In this document: piece after piece, positions 11,364 to 26,474 of the stretch
Numbering within the stretch: the stretch's first letter is position 1
How the letters are laid out: every line of letters starts with the position of its first letter
Assembly: GCA_020536535.1 (NCBI GenBank)
Contig: JAHLWZ010000854.1
Span: 8,444-72,443 of the forward strand
Reading direction: 5' to 3'
DNA length: 64,000 bases
DNA from: Pelomyxa schiedti
Lineage: Eukaryota; Protista; Evosea
Program-made: the position numbers and the translations under genes
Notes under the pieces: generated by a model
What the model was told of the DNA's origin: nothing
Databases searched by the model: none
The model's input: the letters and a program-made list of their open reading frames with translations, nothing else

Positions 11364-14262
11364 ATGAAGTTCGGCAAGCAACTCAAATTCTTGGCGAAGG
11401 AGCAGTGGAAACAGTACTACATCGACTTCTCCGCGTTGAAACAGGTTTCGTCTGCATGGGTCGCCACCAAGGTGCTAACTGTAACCACAGATCTTGAAAG
11501 ATTTGAAAAAGACCGCCGAGAAAGAAAACAGGTTCTTCTATGCCCCCCATTTTTTTTGTCAGTGAGTGCGATACCTGCGGCGTAGTAATTTCCCTTATGG
11601 CGTTTTCAACACCATCAGATGCACAACTGTTGTTAAAGAGAAGGTAGTGGAGGGTTCTGAGGAAGGACCAAAATCGGTGGAAGAGGTGAAAGCCAACATT
11701 ACACCGCAAGAAGAAGAACACTTCTTGTGAGTCCTATGTTTGTATCACGCCATTTCTGCTCTCTTACGCTCCTAGGAACAATTTTGTTGAACAAATACAA
11801 AACATCGAGTCTTTTTTCAGGTTTCAACCCAGAAAACAAATAATATGAACACCACCAACTTAAAAACCAAAAGGCAGAAATTCGATACAATCGTAGAGAT
11901 GTTCAAGCAAATAGAGGGGGATGGGCAAGGAGTCCCAGGAAATCTGGCTTTATTTAAAAAGAGAGTACATGATATGCTCATCCTTGTTGAGGATTTGATT
12001 GACTTTTGTCATCTAAATTCCGTTGGTTGCACAAAAATTCTCAAGAAGGTGGGTTCTAGTTTCTCTCAAGGTTGTTCTTTCTCAAATTACATCTAGTTCA
12101 CCCGGCATACGACGTTCTCTCAGCGTGATTCATACGACGACCTTGTGAAATCCCAAACATTTGTGGCTAATGTTGTACTATGTTGGGAATTCTCCTTACT
12201 GATATGCAAGCAGATTGCTGTACTAGAAAAAGTTCGCACATCTGCTAAGAGGATTTATGTGACAGCAATACATAAGGCAACACAGGAGTCCAACGAAAAA
12301 ATTCTACAAGAACTCGAGCAATCTGTGCAAGCAGCCCATTCGTGGAAAGTAGCTTCTCCCTCACTGCGATTGTTCTCATAAATTCGTAATTAGCTGAATA
12401 CTATTCTATTCCAATTCGATGAACACGTGAATAAGGCACAACTTGTATACAAGGTGTATAATATAAAGCCACTTCCTATAGCTGTTGCCCTTATTATAGG
12501 GCTCATCCTCTATTTTATTCCAATATTTGCTGCTGACAAACAACCAGAGCAACGCTGCTTTGCCTTGCGTACTAATCGTTTCTCTTGAGAGCCTTGGTCT
12601 CACCAATTTTTTAGTTGTGGTCTCCATTATTCTGTGGGTCAGTGAGTGCTGGCCACTCTTCCTCACTGCCATTTTTATTCCTTTCCTCGTTACTATCTCA
12701 TACTGTGTCTACAACGATAACAAAACGGTGATGAATCCGACACAAGCAGCTGGTTTTGCCTTGAATGCAATGTGGTCCTCCATTATCTTTCTAATGCTCG
12801 GCGGTTTTTCCATTGCTGGGGGTTTAAAAAAGTGTCTCTCTTATCTTCCTCCATCTTTTTTTGACTCCTTTTGCTAGATATGGAATTGATCAAAGAATAG
12901 CTTTTTATGTACTTAAGCAAAGACTATTTGCAACTCCAATGTATGACCTCTCTCTTTTTGAATACTGACTTCTCCAAAGGCGGTTTGTATTTGGATTGGA
13001 GGTACTTGCTCTGTTTTTGTCTATGTGGATTTCGAATGTTGCTGGGCCAGTCATATGCATGACAGGTATGCTTCATATCACTCTCACAAGCTTGTCTAAT
13101 TCTTCTAAATAATAGTCAGTCTCCCTGTCATTCGTGATCTTCCTTCCAATTCAAGATTTATCAAATTAATCCTTCTGTGCATTGCTGCTGCCGGAAACGC
13201 CGGTGGTATGACAACTCCAATGTAAATTTCGTTTCTTTTCCTTTTGCACCCTGTTGATTTTTGTTTCCAAACAGTTCTTCGCCACAAAATGCTGTAGCTA
13301 TCCAGGTTCCTTCTTACTTCCAAAACCAGAGGAATTTAAAACAAAAACAGACCGTTAACGGATTGAACCCCCCTCAAGATATTAACTTTGCTCTCTTCTT
13401 TATTATCAGTCTCCCAACTGCTGTAATTATGACTATTTGTGGCCATTTCTTGATAATGTTTATGTAGTAGCTCTACTTCGTCGTATTTCGCCTCGCCTAA
13501 CAATTTGATGACTTAAGGTACAAGCCAGATATTAAAGAGCTTCCTCAAATTCACACTGATGTCAGTGAGCCCATCCCCATCAAGGGTTATCTAGTTTTAT
13601 TGGCAGGAATCACGTCAATCATTCTGTGGTTTTGCAGTCAGTGGTTAAATCCATATGTTGGAAACATTGGAATACTTAGCATCATCCCGATTTTGTTGTT
13701 CTTTGGGACCGGACTGCTTGGGAAAGAAGAATTTGACAATTTACCATGGAATTTGATGATTCTACTTGCTGGTGGTTCAGTGTTGGGAAAAGCTGTACAG
13801 AAGTCAGCATTACTTACACTAATTTCCGATTGGTTGCTGGACAAGGTATCTCACAAAAAAAAAAAAAACCTTTTGCTCCCTATCCACTCATTTGCCTCAC
13901 AGATCGACACCAATAATGTCTATGTAATGCTTGTGATATTCAACATAATCATGATGATAGTGGGCGGGTTTGTCTCCCACACAGTGTCAGCCCTCATTCT
14001 GCTGCCCCTGTTTGCCCAGGTTGGTGACACCTTCGGGCACGCCAAGGCCCTCGTCATGTGCGGGGTCTGCATCTGCTGCGGAAGCATGCCGCTTCCCATA
14101 TCCTCGTTCCCAAACCTCAACTCCATCAGCTTGCAGGACGAGCACGGCGACCCCTATCTCACCACGCTGGACTTCATCAAAGTCGGCGTTCCTCTCACCC
14201 TCGTCGCCTTTGTGTGCAGTATCTCCATCAACTATGGACTGTGCTTGGCCTTCAACTACTGA
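11364..14262 (+). CDS. SPX-domain Pho87/Pho90/Pho91-like phosphate transporter (SLC13/DASS family), multi-exon
   Basis: SPX start MKFGKQLK..EQWKQYYIDFSALK, plus LWVSECWPLFLTA, IFLMLGGFSIA, SMWISNVAGP, NAGGMTTP..SSPQN and LPISSFPNLNSI. Confidence 0.92.
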
Positions 14263-14420
14263 TTCAATCACACCCATTCGCATCATGCATCATGCATCAC
14301 ACAGCACAAAACCCAAACACAAACAAAGCACAAGCCATGCAATCAACTCATCAGTCACACAGAATCACCCCCCATTCACCGATTTCACCAACAACACCGA
14401 AACTCATCAAAAGGGAAAAA

Positions 14421-16711
14421 ATGAAACGGCGAGTTGTGTATTGGGCTGTGGTTTTAGCTCTTGTTGTTTGTAGTTGTGGGTTGGCTGATAGCTCCTCTGT
14501 GTTTGGTTATATTTCATTGAGCAGTGACTGGGCTACTCAACACCCATCAGCTTCACTACAAGTATTTCTCCTATGGTCCCTATTTCTCAAAACAAATTTG
14601 GTGTCTCTGCAACCACGAAGGTTTCTGTGTTTGTACTAAATACCACGGATTCCGGAAATGCCGACCCTTTGCATGACGAAGCTGTATATTACACTCCACC
14701 TTTTGCAAAGTACAGCACCGTGAAGGTGTCACAGTGCACTTATGCAAGTGGTGATTCTGCATCTGTGCAGTGCTATTATACAATTGACCTTCCGGATTCC
14801 GCTGCCAATTACAGTGTCGTGGCATTTGCAGACGAACTTGCAGATGGAGTTATGCACACAGAGAAGCTGGTCCCAGTAGGGTGGTGTGCAACAGAACCTT
14901 CTGGACCTTATAAGATTTTGACTGTTGGAAGCAAAAAGTATCGTTAATTCTCTTATACTATTCTACTAAACTCCCCTTCTCTTCTAGAGTTGATTTCGAG
15001 TGCAATATTCCACTGTATTCCATTTCTGCGTGGCCTTCTGAAACTACCAGGCATGGCAATGGTGTGCTGTATTGGCAATCTGGGTTTCACGTACTTCACA
15101 CGTGGGGAACTGCAGAGGTGTGGATTGCAGGTACAGCATTCCAAGGCTTATATTCCACAGGAGCGTGGTGAAGCTTACGGATTCTTATTGGCTCGTTATA
15201 TTGTAGAATTTTTCCAGTTCTACTTTTTGGAGAGAAACGTGGATGGCGTGTCCAACTATAACAACATCGTTCTCCCATATCTTGAGTCATACATGCAAGT
15301 AGGAACCATTGCCTTCCTTGCCCTATTTTTATTTTTCGGTAGGTACCTCAGGTAATGCAAGAGATAATGGACGGCATTATCAGCGGAATGTCTGCTTCTG
15401 GGGAAGATATTAGCGTCGTATCACTCAATAGGAACTTTTCCACAATTGTACCTTAACACGAAATGAGAATCCCCTTGTAATATCCGCAAGGACATTTTAG
15501 CTATAAATGCCTACCTTGAAGCATCTGAAGTGGTTTCCGATCCTTGTGACAGCTTGGCAGAACATCCACCCCGAAAAATAACTCCAGCTTGTACTCAAGC
15601 GACCCTGTGGGGTCCCAGAACAACTTCTGGAGAAATTATTCATGGACGAAGTACAACTCCCTCGCCTTACCGTTCTTGTACTTCTAAACATTGAAGACAT
15701 GGATGGGGAACTGGATATTCGCAGAGTCACAATAAATCATTTGTTGATTCATGCCACAGAACCAAGGTATCAGCAACACTGAAAAACTGCATGTGACCAC
15801 TTCTTCAGTAGTGGCTATCGTACAGTTTCAGTTATGTGGCCAGGTTATGTTGGTACACTATCAGGAGTCTCCGAGTCTGGGATATCCATCATGGAAAATG
15901 CCGCCCGGTTTTCGGCCAATTATACATGTATAAAGGGTTGGCCTGCTGCATGGATGATCCAAGATGCACTAGAAACCTTCAATCCCTCAATCACCTCCAC
16001 TGAAGCCCTGGAATGGATGGAGAGGTTAAAAGAATATGAAATTACGACTTCCTCATTTATTCTCCAGTAATTACATGGATGCCGCGGGTGGAATTTCTCC
16101 AGGTGGAAGTATCCTTGTTATTGCCACTCCATATTCTGGAACGGAGGTTTTTTAAATTTATTCATCCTTCTAAGTTGAAGAATCAAAAGCACGCGCCATC
16201 CTATGTTCTTGAAGCAGATAGATATGGACAAGTGATGCGCACTCCAGGTCAAGTCAGTCCCTGGGATACGAATGCAATCACTGCCTCCAATCACTTTTTA
16301 GTGTATGGGGCAAACCAGCAACTCAATAAGAATTTTGGTCAGAGTGCCTCATTCTCGTCACTTTGGAGATACGAAGCCTCCAAGGTACCACGCAATCCAT
16401 ACCTATTTTTATCTCGATAACCGGAAACAATAGAATTTGATATCCGCATGGTCCCGCACAGGCCAGCAAGCAGATGTGGCCTCAATGGCCCGGCTTTTGC
16501 AGACAGTAGCAGAAGGAGAAACAGAGCATTCCATTATCTGGGAACCCTCAACCAGTAAGTTCCAAACCCACAAGCCCATCAAACAACACTCACGCTCGAA
16601 TTCCAAGGACAACTGAGTATCGGAATTGCCGCAATGGAACCGGTTATGTGGGACGCACCATTCACAGACTGGACCACATTCGACTTTGACTCCTTTTTCA
16701 CCCAACAGTGA
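14421..16711 (+). CDS. Secreted Ntn-hydrolase, peptidase C45/acid ceramidase-like, with an extra N-terminal domain
   Basis: Signal peptide MKRRVVYWAVVLALVVC; ERGEAYGFLL; nucleophile context ACTQATLWGPRTTSGEIIHGR..MD; WPGYVGTLSGVSESG; ITASNHF. Confidence 0.75.
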
Positions 16712-16826
16712 TCACAGTCATCACGCCAATCTGCCGCTGAACATTGTTCTTTCTTTTATCTCGCTCGGAGAAAAGTGCACCCTAATTTGATTTCGGCACA
16801 ACCCGCTGAAGCGCCGTGACGGAACG

Positions 16827-19800
16827 ATGCAGGGAGCCGAGGTCGTAACAAATAATGAGGGGGGGAGCAGGGTAATGATGCCAAACGATTGGCACCACGC
16901 TGCGCCCTTATTTTGTCTTTGTTTAAAGGCATTTTTTTTTATTTTTTGAATAACTCTGTTACAGGAGGGAGGGTGTGCTGCACAGGCGAGCGGATCTAAG
17001 ACTTGGACACAAGCATCAAAGCAAAGACATAATGACAATGTAGGTGTCAGTGGAACGGTGTTTTTTTTTTTTAACCGCTTTTTTTTCCCCTTGAAGCAGG
17101 GAAGTGCTCTTCCACCGCACTTACTGTGCCGACAAAACAAGTGTGTTTCAGTGCCAACACAATCTCACTAATGATGCTAGAGTTGCTGTTGAGTTGCACT
17201 CAAACAATGCGCCTGACTCAAATGGCATGAGTGGCGGCATTTCTGAAGCGGTTCCACTTACTCTTGCAACATTTCCAATCCCACGTACTTCCCTTGAAGA
17301 AGAGGAGGCACCCCCGCCTCCCCCACCACCTCGGCATCACAGAAAAGGACATAGAAGTGTCAAAACACATCAGGCACCGCCCCAGGACTTACAGAATAGC
17401 CCTCCCGTTGTGGAAACAACTTCCCAAGAAAACGGTGTGAATACTCAGCCATACAGCAATGTCACTATATCACCCAAAATGGAAGAGCTGTATGGTATAC
17501 TAGTAAGCGGTGACGCAAACAGCCAACTTGAAGTGTGAATTACTTTTAGCTGCAGTATTATGTGGCTTATTTAGATTCAGGTCTTACGATCCTTCATTGA
17601 TTGTGAAGAGAATAAAGAATTGTCGGCAATATTTATCATCAAAGGAATTCAACCACTACTGGCTATTATGACATGTGGACAGGTGCGTCCATCAATAATG
17701 GAAAACATCCTCACTTTTAGCAGCCCATCCCTCAGGAACTTGCACTCACAATTCTTTCTCAATTGATTATGGAGCCTGAAAATTCCCGTTTAATCATTTT
17801 GAGTCCTGTGATTGACACCCTTTGTGCATCTCTATGTATGTTAATGCATTATTCCTGTTTCTTAGTCACAAATAAAAAGCAATGACTGCCCACCAAAGCC
17901 TTATTGAACGAAATTTGCAGTTGCTTGTCAAACTCTCTGAAATGTGGGATGAAAGCCATGCTGAGGCTTGGTGTTCAGGACTCCCGACTCTCATTACATC
18001 CATGCGGAATGCGCCTGTCATGCACCCTGATACTCTCAAACTATCTCTATCACTATTCCTGAGTTTGTAACTCTTTCCTATCCTATGTTTCAACCCAACC
18101 ACAGGCCTTCTGCAACCAAGTCATTCTGCTATACATAAAAATTTTTGTATTGAAAGTGGGGTACCCGTGTTTTTGGATCTTCTCAAGCTTGACCCCAACA
18201 CAATAACAAGTGCCTTGAGAATACTCACCAGCCTCACCAAAGTTGAGGAATTTACTCTCAAGCCTTTGATATGTGAAACTCTTATTGTGTCAGGTATACT
18301 TTAAGTTTTCTTGTGCCGCCTACCCAACCTTCTAAAGGCGTCCTTGGAACGATTTCGGATGTCATTGTCAAACATAACCAAGAAGAAGCAGTTACAGAAA
18401 TGGTACTCGAACTGCTCATGCAAATTGTGAATTTAGGGTTGGTTTTTTTTCTACAAGAATTGTCAAATAACTGGACCAAAGTGGGCAAATTGATAATGAA
18501 ATGCTTGCAATTAATTTGGTTTCAATCCCCTGGTCAAAGTTACCTGCTCAACAAATCAACCTTGCACAACAAATTTACACCGATATTGCAAGCAATCCAA
18601 GTGTAACTTCGATTTACCCCATTTTGTTTTGTTCAAGTATTATCAGATGTTGAAGTCCATTAGCTTTAGTGGCATTATACCAGTGATATGTCAACTGCCA
18701 AGTACAGTGGCAAAAAAAGATCATGGTAGTAACCTACCACTAAGTGTTCTGCTTCTTACAATTTCACAAGAATTTATGGCGTCATGGATTAAACTAATGA
18801 CTACAATCGCCAGAGATGAACAACTGCGATTTGAAATACGAATAAACTCTATAGAACCACAAATCAAGGAAATTGATTCATGCTGTCCACCACATCTTGC
18901 TGATGACCTAAAACAGTATACTGACAACATGTCTTGTGTAATTCAAATCTACAAGGTGCAAATCTGCCATATTCTTGCCTTTGCGGAAAGAACTGGTAGA
19001 ATCTCTCACTAAAGATTACGTGGAACTTGGGGATTCTAATGATCAAATTATCGACCTGGTGATGGAAGACCAGCTCCACCCACAGCCCTCAGATGGGACA
19101 ACAATATGGAAGTCATTTCAAACACCTACAGTTCCACATAATCCAACTGAAGCCCGAATAAGGAGTATTTCCAAGTCAAGGGTGCGTTTTTCTGTACTTG
19201 CTGAAATTTTATTTTGTCCTGCAGGCAAGTCTCATGGCAGAGGCGAGCACTCAGAACAATAAGCGTAAGTGTGTCATTTCTGAGTTATGGACTACAGAAA
19301 AGCAATATATCAAGTCACTGGAAACATGTCTCCTTTGTTTTTATGAGCCCCTTAAACGCGGAGGTTGTGCCTTGCCCCACTTAATATGTCATTAAATTCA
19401 CCACGACCATAGATTATGGGTGTTCCCCAGATGACCTACTTCATCTGTTTATTACACTACCAGCTCTGGCAGAGGAAGGAAAGCTCTTTCTTGATTCTCT
19501 TTCAGAGAGAATGGAAACGTATGACAACGCAACACTCGTTGGGGATGTATTTATTAGATATTTTTCTAAATCTCCGTTAGCAAGACTATATTCGGTATGA
19601 ATTTCCTTCCTCGACCCCTCTGAACTTCTCAAGGAATACATTGTTTGGCATGACAAAGCAACAGCTGTATTCCACAATCTGCAAAAAGTGGGTTTAACCT
19701 TGCAAATGAGCGGATTAGTAATCTTGTACCAAAAAAGTTGCCCGCCTTCACTGCTTGGATGCGTCAGATGGGAACCAGTGAAGCTACCAACCATATGATA

Positions 19801-20924
19801 CTACCAAGCTACATGATAATGCCTGTTCAACGGTGAATTAATTTGTATTACGTCAATCTTTTTATACTTGATAGACTACCAAGGTATCTACTTTTATTAA
19901 ACAGCTTGTTGGAAGTTACACCTCCTTCACATATTGGTACATATTCCATCACAATTTTCATCTGATTACAAAATACAAAACAAAGACAGAGAGAATATAG
20001 CAAAAGCTCTGCGGATAATTAGAGACCTTGCAGACACCATCAACACCCGTAAGAAAGAAATTGAAGCGTATCAAAAGATGGAAGCCCTATCCGAAAAACT
20101 TCAAGATGCCCCTGTGGAATTCGACGGTGTTGTAATTCCTGGAAGATCGTTTGTTCACGAGGGTCCCCTTACTTACCTGAAAAAAAATAAATTTCTCCAC
20201 GACGGATCATCTCTGGAGCCGTGCTACATGTTTTTGTTCTCAGATATTTTGTTGTGGACAATAAAGGTTTCTTGGCAGAACTATTCCTTTCCCTAACAGA
20301 AAGAAACAGATCAAAAATCACTACAAGTTTATAAGAGTACTACCACTTGAATCGGTCAAAGTATTTGAAATGAGCTCGAATGAGATCAACTCAGGGAGAT
20401 TCAGTGACACCATGTTACGCCTACTTTGGAGCAATAAGGATACCTTCGAGGTTTTCCATACCATTTGCTAAACCTCAAATTGAGTGACACCATGCCACTA
20501 AAAGGAACAAGAAGCAATTCTCTCAGCACCCAATGATATCGAGAAAGAATCGTGGCTGAAGCTCTTCAGAGACGCCGTTAATGCCCACAAGAGGCAATCC
20601 CTCAGGCAAAACATGGGTGCACCATCTCAGTCCGCAACTCCCCATCCACAACCACCTCCGCAACAACCTCAGCATCAACCCCAACAACCGGCCGTAAATA
20701 TCCCAATCCCAATCCCGATACCAATACCAACGCCAATCCCGGCACAACCGCAACCAAACCCACAAGTACAAATCACACCAGCAAGTAGCACAACACCACC
20801 CACTCAGCGGCATCGCCACCACCCTCCACCACAACCACCGCCTCCTCCCCCTGCCAAATGGACAGCTGCTTCCAAACCTACACTAATTCCTGCGGCTGTT
20901 CCTGATGCCGCCAAAGCATTGTAG
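16827..20924 (+). CDS. RhoGEF (DH-PH) with N-terminal helical/ARM-like region and Pro-rich tail; start uncertain
   Basis: DH motifs KRKCVISELWTTEKQYIKSL and YMIMPVQR/LPRYLLLLNSLLEVTP. PH motif RSFVHEGPL..YMFLFSDILL. Confidence 0.88.
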
Positions 20925-20998
20925 TAGCCACACCACCCAAAATCACACCTACTTCGTGTATCTCTAGCCTTTTTGGAAAAGGGGAAAAAAATGATTTA

Positions 20999-23900
20999 TT
21001 AGCTTTTTCGAGAAGTAACGTGGACTTGGGAAGGATGGTGATGAGAATACATAATGGTCCTGGAGGTAGAGGGTTTATCTAGGTTCGATTTGCGGGGGCA
21101 CCCTCGTCCAAGAGGTTGGAGAGAGCAAGTGGGTTTGTGGGTTGGATTACACTCAGGGCTTCCATCGGTTGTTTCCTTCGGCGTTTGAATACTTTTGTCT
21201 TTTTGGGAGAAAGGTGTTAGTGAGGATAAATAAGCCGGGTCAGTTACCTTATCAGGCGTGTAGAGTGGTGATGGGGACCTGTGGGGAGAAAATCTTTCTG
21301 GTCTCACAGACTTGCGCTGTGGATGGTTACTATGTGAAAGGGAAAGTGTGCTTACTTTAGGTCTTGGTTCTGGGACTTGAGTGGGTAATGGTGCCGGGGG
21401 TAGGGAATGCCGCTTATGGGGTTTCCGTTGAGATGCAGACTGTATGGAGTGTACTTGCACTTGGACTTGTACTTCTTGGCTCTTGGTCTGCACGGCTTTG
21501 GAGGTACAGGACACGCTATCTTCCACTCGTTGGGTTTCAGGGGGTGACTCGGAGGCATTATCTTCCTCATAGTGAGTAACATGTGGTGGTGATGTTGGCA
21601 AATCAACTGCATGGGATGGTGGTGACGCAGCCACCGCAGCCGCCGCTGCAGCTGCTGCAGCGGACGCGGAGGCAGATGTGGATGCAAGTTTTTGCGTAGC
21701 AGTGTTCAAAGCGCTCTCCAATTCCGTGCATCTACGTTGGGCGTATTCCTGGGCTTGCTGCGCCAACCTTGTTTCATGAGATGCTGTCTCGAGTTTTGTT
21801 GATAGTTGTTGCTTCAAAGTAGATAGTTGCAGAGCGTGCTGTTGTGTAAGTAAGACCATCTCTTCCTGGAGTTGGGTGCTGTGGGTGTGCATTTCATTTG
21901 TTCTATCTTGTTCCTTTGAGAGGTCTCTCTTGGATTGTTCAATGGTTTGCTCTGCCACTGTTATCTGATTGACGAGTTTTTCTTTTTCACTGGTCAGCGA
22001 GTCAGTTGCTGCTTTGTACTGGGCTTCGAGGAGTTGCATTTGAACTTGATGCTTTTGGTGTTCTTCCTGGAATTCTGCTTGAAATTGTGACGTCATTTTA
22101 ATTTGTTCCGATTTCCATTGCTCCTGAAGATCCTAAAAAAAAGAGTTACAACGAGTCATTGCTTATAGAGATTACAGAATTCTGTTTAAGGACACGTTCA
22201 AGTTCCGCTTTGGCAGTATCCTCTGCTGCTCTTGTGCAGTCCAGCTCGAATCTAGTCCCTCTCTCCTGTATAAGAATATCCCCCAGCTGTTTATTCTCAG
22301 AGAAGAATAGAAATTTTACTGTATACCCGGGAAACAAGTTCTTTCTCCCGCTGATCAGCTTCCTGTAGTAACTGCCTCTCCGTTGTGTAGTTTCTCTGGA
22401 GTGTTTGCTGTTCTAAGCGTAGTGCGTTCCATTTATCTTCCAGCTCCACACAGTCAGAAGAAAGAGGTAGCAAACACGGAAACCTCTGCAAGCGATTTCT
22501 CCAATGTTTCAACATGTCTGGTTTTGTCGGTAAGCTCGCTTTGTACGGCTGCAATCTGTGTTGTTGCCCGTGACACTTCATCACGTAGCCGGCTTACACA
22601 ATCCTTCTGGACTGCCACTTCTTTAGATTCTCGATCTCTCAGCTCCTCTGCAAGTTTCTGCACTTGTGAGAAACCCAAAAACCAATGAAGGTTACAGAAC
22701 TGTCTGTGCTGTCAAGTCGTTAACTTTGGTTTGAAAAGTCTGTGTTTGTTGTCTGTACAGGGCCTCGGCATCTTCATTTCGTTTATTCGAACAGACAATT
22801 TGTCCTCTAAGTGTGAACAACTTTTTCATATCAGTACTTAAAACTAACGGGAATGCCTACGTCGCTTGTCAAAGTAGACACTGCGCTTTGAAGATCCAAG
22901 ACTCTGAGACTTTTAAGCTACAGAAAAGTGGGAAAACGAACTTCGACTGAGCTAAGTTCAGTTCGTCTTGAAGGAAGAGCTTCTCCCTTACAATAGTACC
23001 AGTAAACTCAATCAGAGCCTGAGTGTTATCTAAGGTAGTTTGTATGGCCCCCTTGGCTGTGGAGATCTATCAATTTTGTTAAGATTGACTTCAACAAGAT
23101 GCACATACCACATGGTTTTGTGAGAGAGTAAGTTCCTCTAAACTTTGAATTGCGGCAGTGAGACGACTGGTATTTGCAGATGTTTCTTCCAGTTTCTTTG
23201 TTTTGTCGGATAACTCCTGCTCTAGTAGACAGAGGTTTTCATGTAAGGCCGAAACTTTGGACCGTGCTTCAGAAAGAACTTGGTCCGAGTGCGCAATTCC
23301 CTTCATCGCCGTTAGGTGTGGCCAATAAGACGGGTGTGTACATCAGCACACATGGTATTCACGCAACTCAGTTGAGTAATTTTCTCTTGCTATTGGTCAA
23401 AGAGGGGCGGTTAGGGAATTCCAGGTGACCAACATGAAACATACAAGAAGCGACTGCGATTTAGAGTGCATTTCCGTGGTACTTTGTTGTTCTCTGCGTA
23501 GTACCTGCTAATTTGAGCAAAATAAGGGAAAAGAAGTTGTTAACTTGAAGTTCAGTATTTAAAGTCAATTCGTTTTGCTTAAGCTGCTCCACTTTAGCTT
23601 GCAGAGACGCTCCTAAATCGGTGCAGGCACGAAGTTTTCCCCCAAGTACTTCTAAATAACGGTGAAAGAAGGCGGGGAAAAAAAGTCAGAGGTAATACCT
23701 TCTAATTCCCTCGAGTGTGAAAAGGCCTCCCTCAGAGATCGCAGTTCAGATACAGCACTGTCTCTCTGGCGACATGCTGGGTTTTTATTTGTTTAGGGGT
23801 TCCTCGAAAGCAGTGTAACCTGTTCGCAAATCCATCGAGTTTTGAAGTGCCTCTGTTAATTTTTGTTGTAATTCTTGAATGTCATGCAACATGATGGACC

Positions 23901-24407
23901 GCTGCGTTTTCAGTGCCAAAAAATCTAACAAAAGAGATAAATAGGCAAGTTATAACCATGGCTTGTAGGTGATCAACCTGATTCCTCTGGTGATATTGTG
24001 AGGAACGAATAGAGTGAACGGAAAGTTTACCTTGCACCACTTTCCCCTGCAAAAGGCGTAGCGACTCATCAACAGCATCAGACAATGACCTTGTTTCAGT
24101 GATGTCAAACACCACTTTGTTGAGTGCTTTCTCCTGATCAGTAACCAGACATTGTAACCGTGATTTCTCTGCTTGCAACCGAACAATATTTTCCCTCTGT
24201 GACAACTTTTCTCTTTCGCTGTCGTGTAGCTTGCTCTCCTACAAACAAAAAACCGTAAACATCGGGCAGTGGTGAGCATTTTACCAATGACTCTATGGCG
24301 GCTCTGCTAGAAACTTGGTGCGTGATAAGCTCCTCAGCAGCCTTCTTAAGATGATCGTAGGTGCTGGATCCCTCCCTTTTATTGGTTGTAAGATTTTCAA
24401 GATCCAT
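20999..24407 (-). CDS. Long coiled-coil protein with Ser/Pro-rich C-terminus, multi-exon, function unknown
   Basis: Successive minus-strand exons are rich in E/Q/K/L heptads, e.g. QRENIVRLQAEKSRLQ and QKLAEELRDRESKEV. Confidence 0.7.
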
Positions 24408-24698
24408 AGTGAGCAGATCACTGTTGTTCAAGCCAAAAGAAAAGTGATCTTTCAAACAAAGAAAAAAAAGTCGTTGTGCGTGCCGGTACATTATGTAGCT
24501 AGTTACACATGTCAATCCATTAGCATTTTGTTTAAATTTTTATTTGGGTTTCCAGCTCTTTTTTTTTTTCGGCAAACGCTCGTAGCGCTTTTCGTAGCTC
24601 ACCGAAACAAGACATTATGTAAATAAATAGTTCTCCTTTTTACACGGTATCTACACTCCTTTCACTGCAAACTGCCAGTTTTCCCAGCTGCATCCTCA

Positions 24699-26474
24699 CT
24701 ACTTCGCTTCTTCGTCCTTGCTTGCTGGAGCATTTACGGCACCAGCTTTTGCTTGTCTTCGCCGCTCGATGACGTTCTGTGCGATGTACCAGCAGCCCTG
24801 AGCTACTCCGCACAGTGCGATAACACACCCACATGTGGCATATGGTGTCTTGGGAGAGGCTTGTTCCAGGCTGGCAAACCCTCCGGCTACAAGCGGAAGG
24901 ATCGCGGAGCCGCTGCTGACCACAGTTTCATTTATTCCTGCGAATTTGCCCTTGGCGGTCTCGCTCATCCTGAGGCTTACAATTATGGAGGACTGGATGG
25001 CAAATGCCGCACAAGCCCCAATTCCAACCCCAAATGCGAGGACAGCATACGCTTGTGGGATGAAGGCGATTCCCCAAAGGCCTATCGTCTATTAGATGAG
25101 ACGGATTCACATAGGATATACATACACAAAACTAGAACGCCTTCAACTAGGAACATTAGCCAGAGCCGGTATAACCACGCTGTAGTCATTCCAAATATCA
25201 CAAACATGACGGTTTGCACTGAAAACAATGTACACATAAAGACACCCAAGTACTGTTCAGTACTCACTAAGTTTCCAATGTGGATGTTGTACTCCTACAA
25301 CTGAGTTACTTCGGCATATTTCTATTAACAGCAAACCTTGATAAGATGAATAAGCTGACTATTGAGTGTAGCAAGTATGCCGTACACACAGAAGTTAAGC
25401 ATGTAAACCTAAATTAGATGATGAGTGATTTTTCTACTGAGAGGAAAAATATTACCAGGGGCAAGAACTGTGAATTCAATTTCTTCATCTCTGCAGATTT
25501 CTGAACTTCCTCTTGCGAAATTTTCATGTCAATTACAATTTCTTGTATCTCAGGCTTCATTGTATAGTCGTCCGGATTTGTCTGGGTGCTTGCATCCTTG
25601 GTGCGGCGAGTATCTTCACTCTGAGTGGAATCTTCCGGCTTGGGATCACTAAGTTCCTTACCGCTCGTTCCGTCCAGTACCTTCTGGGTACAATCTTCCT
25701 TCTCCTTGTGATTTCTCGCCTCTTCCAGAGATCGCCTCTCCTCGAGCGATAGCCTCGGCCCAGATTCGTTGATTGCCATGACCGGCTCTTCATCCAACTT
25801 CAAGTAATGGTGACCTGGGAGTTCGGCTAACTCCTTTGGAAGTTTACTGTCACCAGTGTTTGCTCCAAAGGGATACCAGAACATAATGCTACCGGCAACG
25901 GCGGCTGGAACAGCGAGCGAATATTTCCCACCGGCATATTGGAAGATATAACCAGCAATCATATATCCAACTGATTTACCAACACTCCAAAATACAGCGA
26001 AGCGGGACATGTCCCTGTTCACGTTGTTCTTATCCACCTCCTTTGCCACAGTGGCCTGCACAGTTGGCCAGTAAGTAGCACTCGTAAGTCCACTCAATAT
26101 AACAGCGAGTACGTAAAGCCACACATTTATGCCAGACACCAGCAAAAGTACCGCACATGCTGCTGCAAACATCAGAGAACTGGCACGAACCATCCAGTGT
26201 GGCCGCAGCTTATCAGATAACATTCCCAAGAAAGGGGAAGTTGTGGTTGTTATCGTAGCGCTTGTTGCTTGAATGATTCCAAGCTGCAGTGGTGATGCCC
26301 CCATGCTGTATGCCAGCAATGAAATGCACACCCAGAAGTAAAAGTTGCTGCAAGGTACTTCAATTAAATAAAGCCGTTGTTGTTAATTGTAAAATTTAAA
26401 AACCCAAACCTGAAGTTCATCATGGCACTCGATACACAATACAACCAATACCGTAGTCGTGCACCGCACTTCAT
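24699..26474 (-). CDS. Major facilitator superfamily transporter
   Basis: Many TM helices, motif-A-like GMLSDKLRP, and a long central hydrophilic loop. Confidence 0.85.
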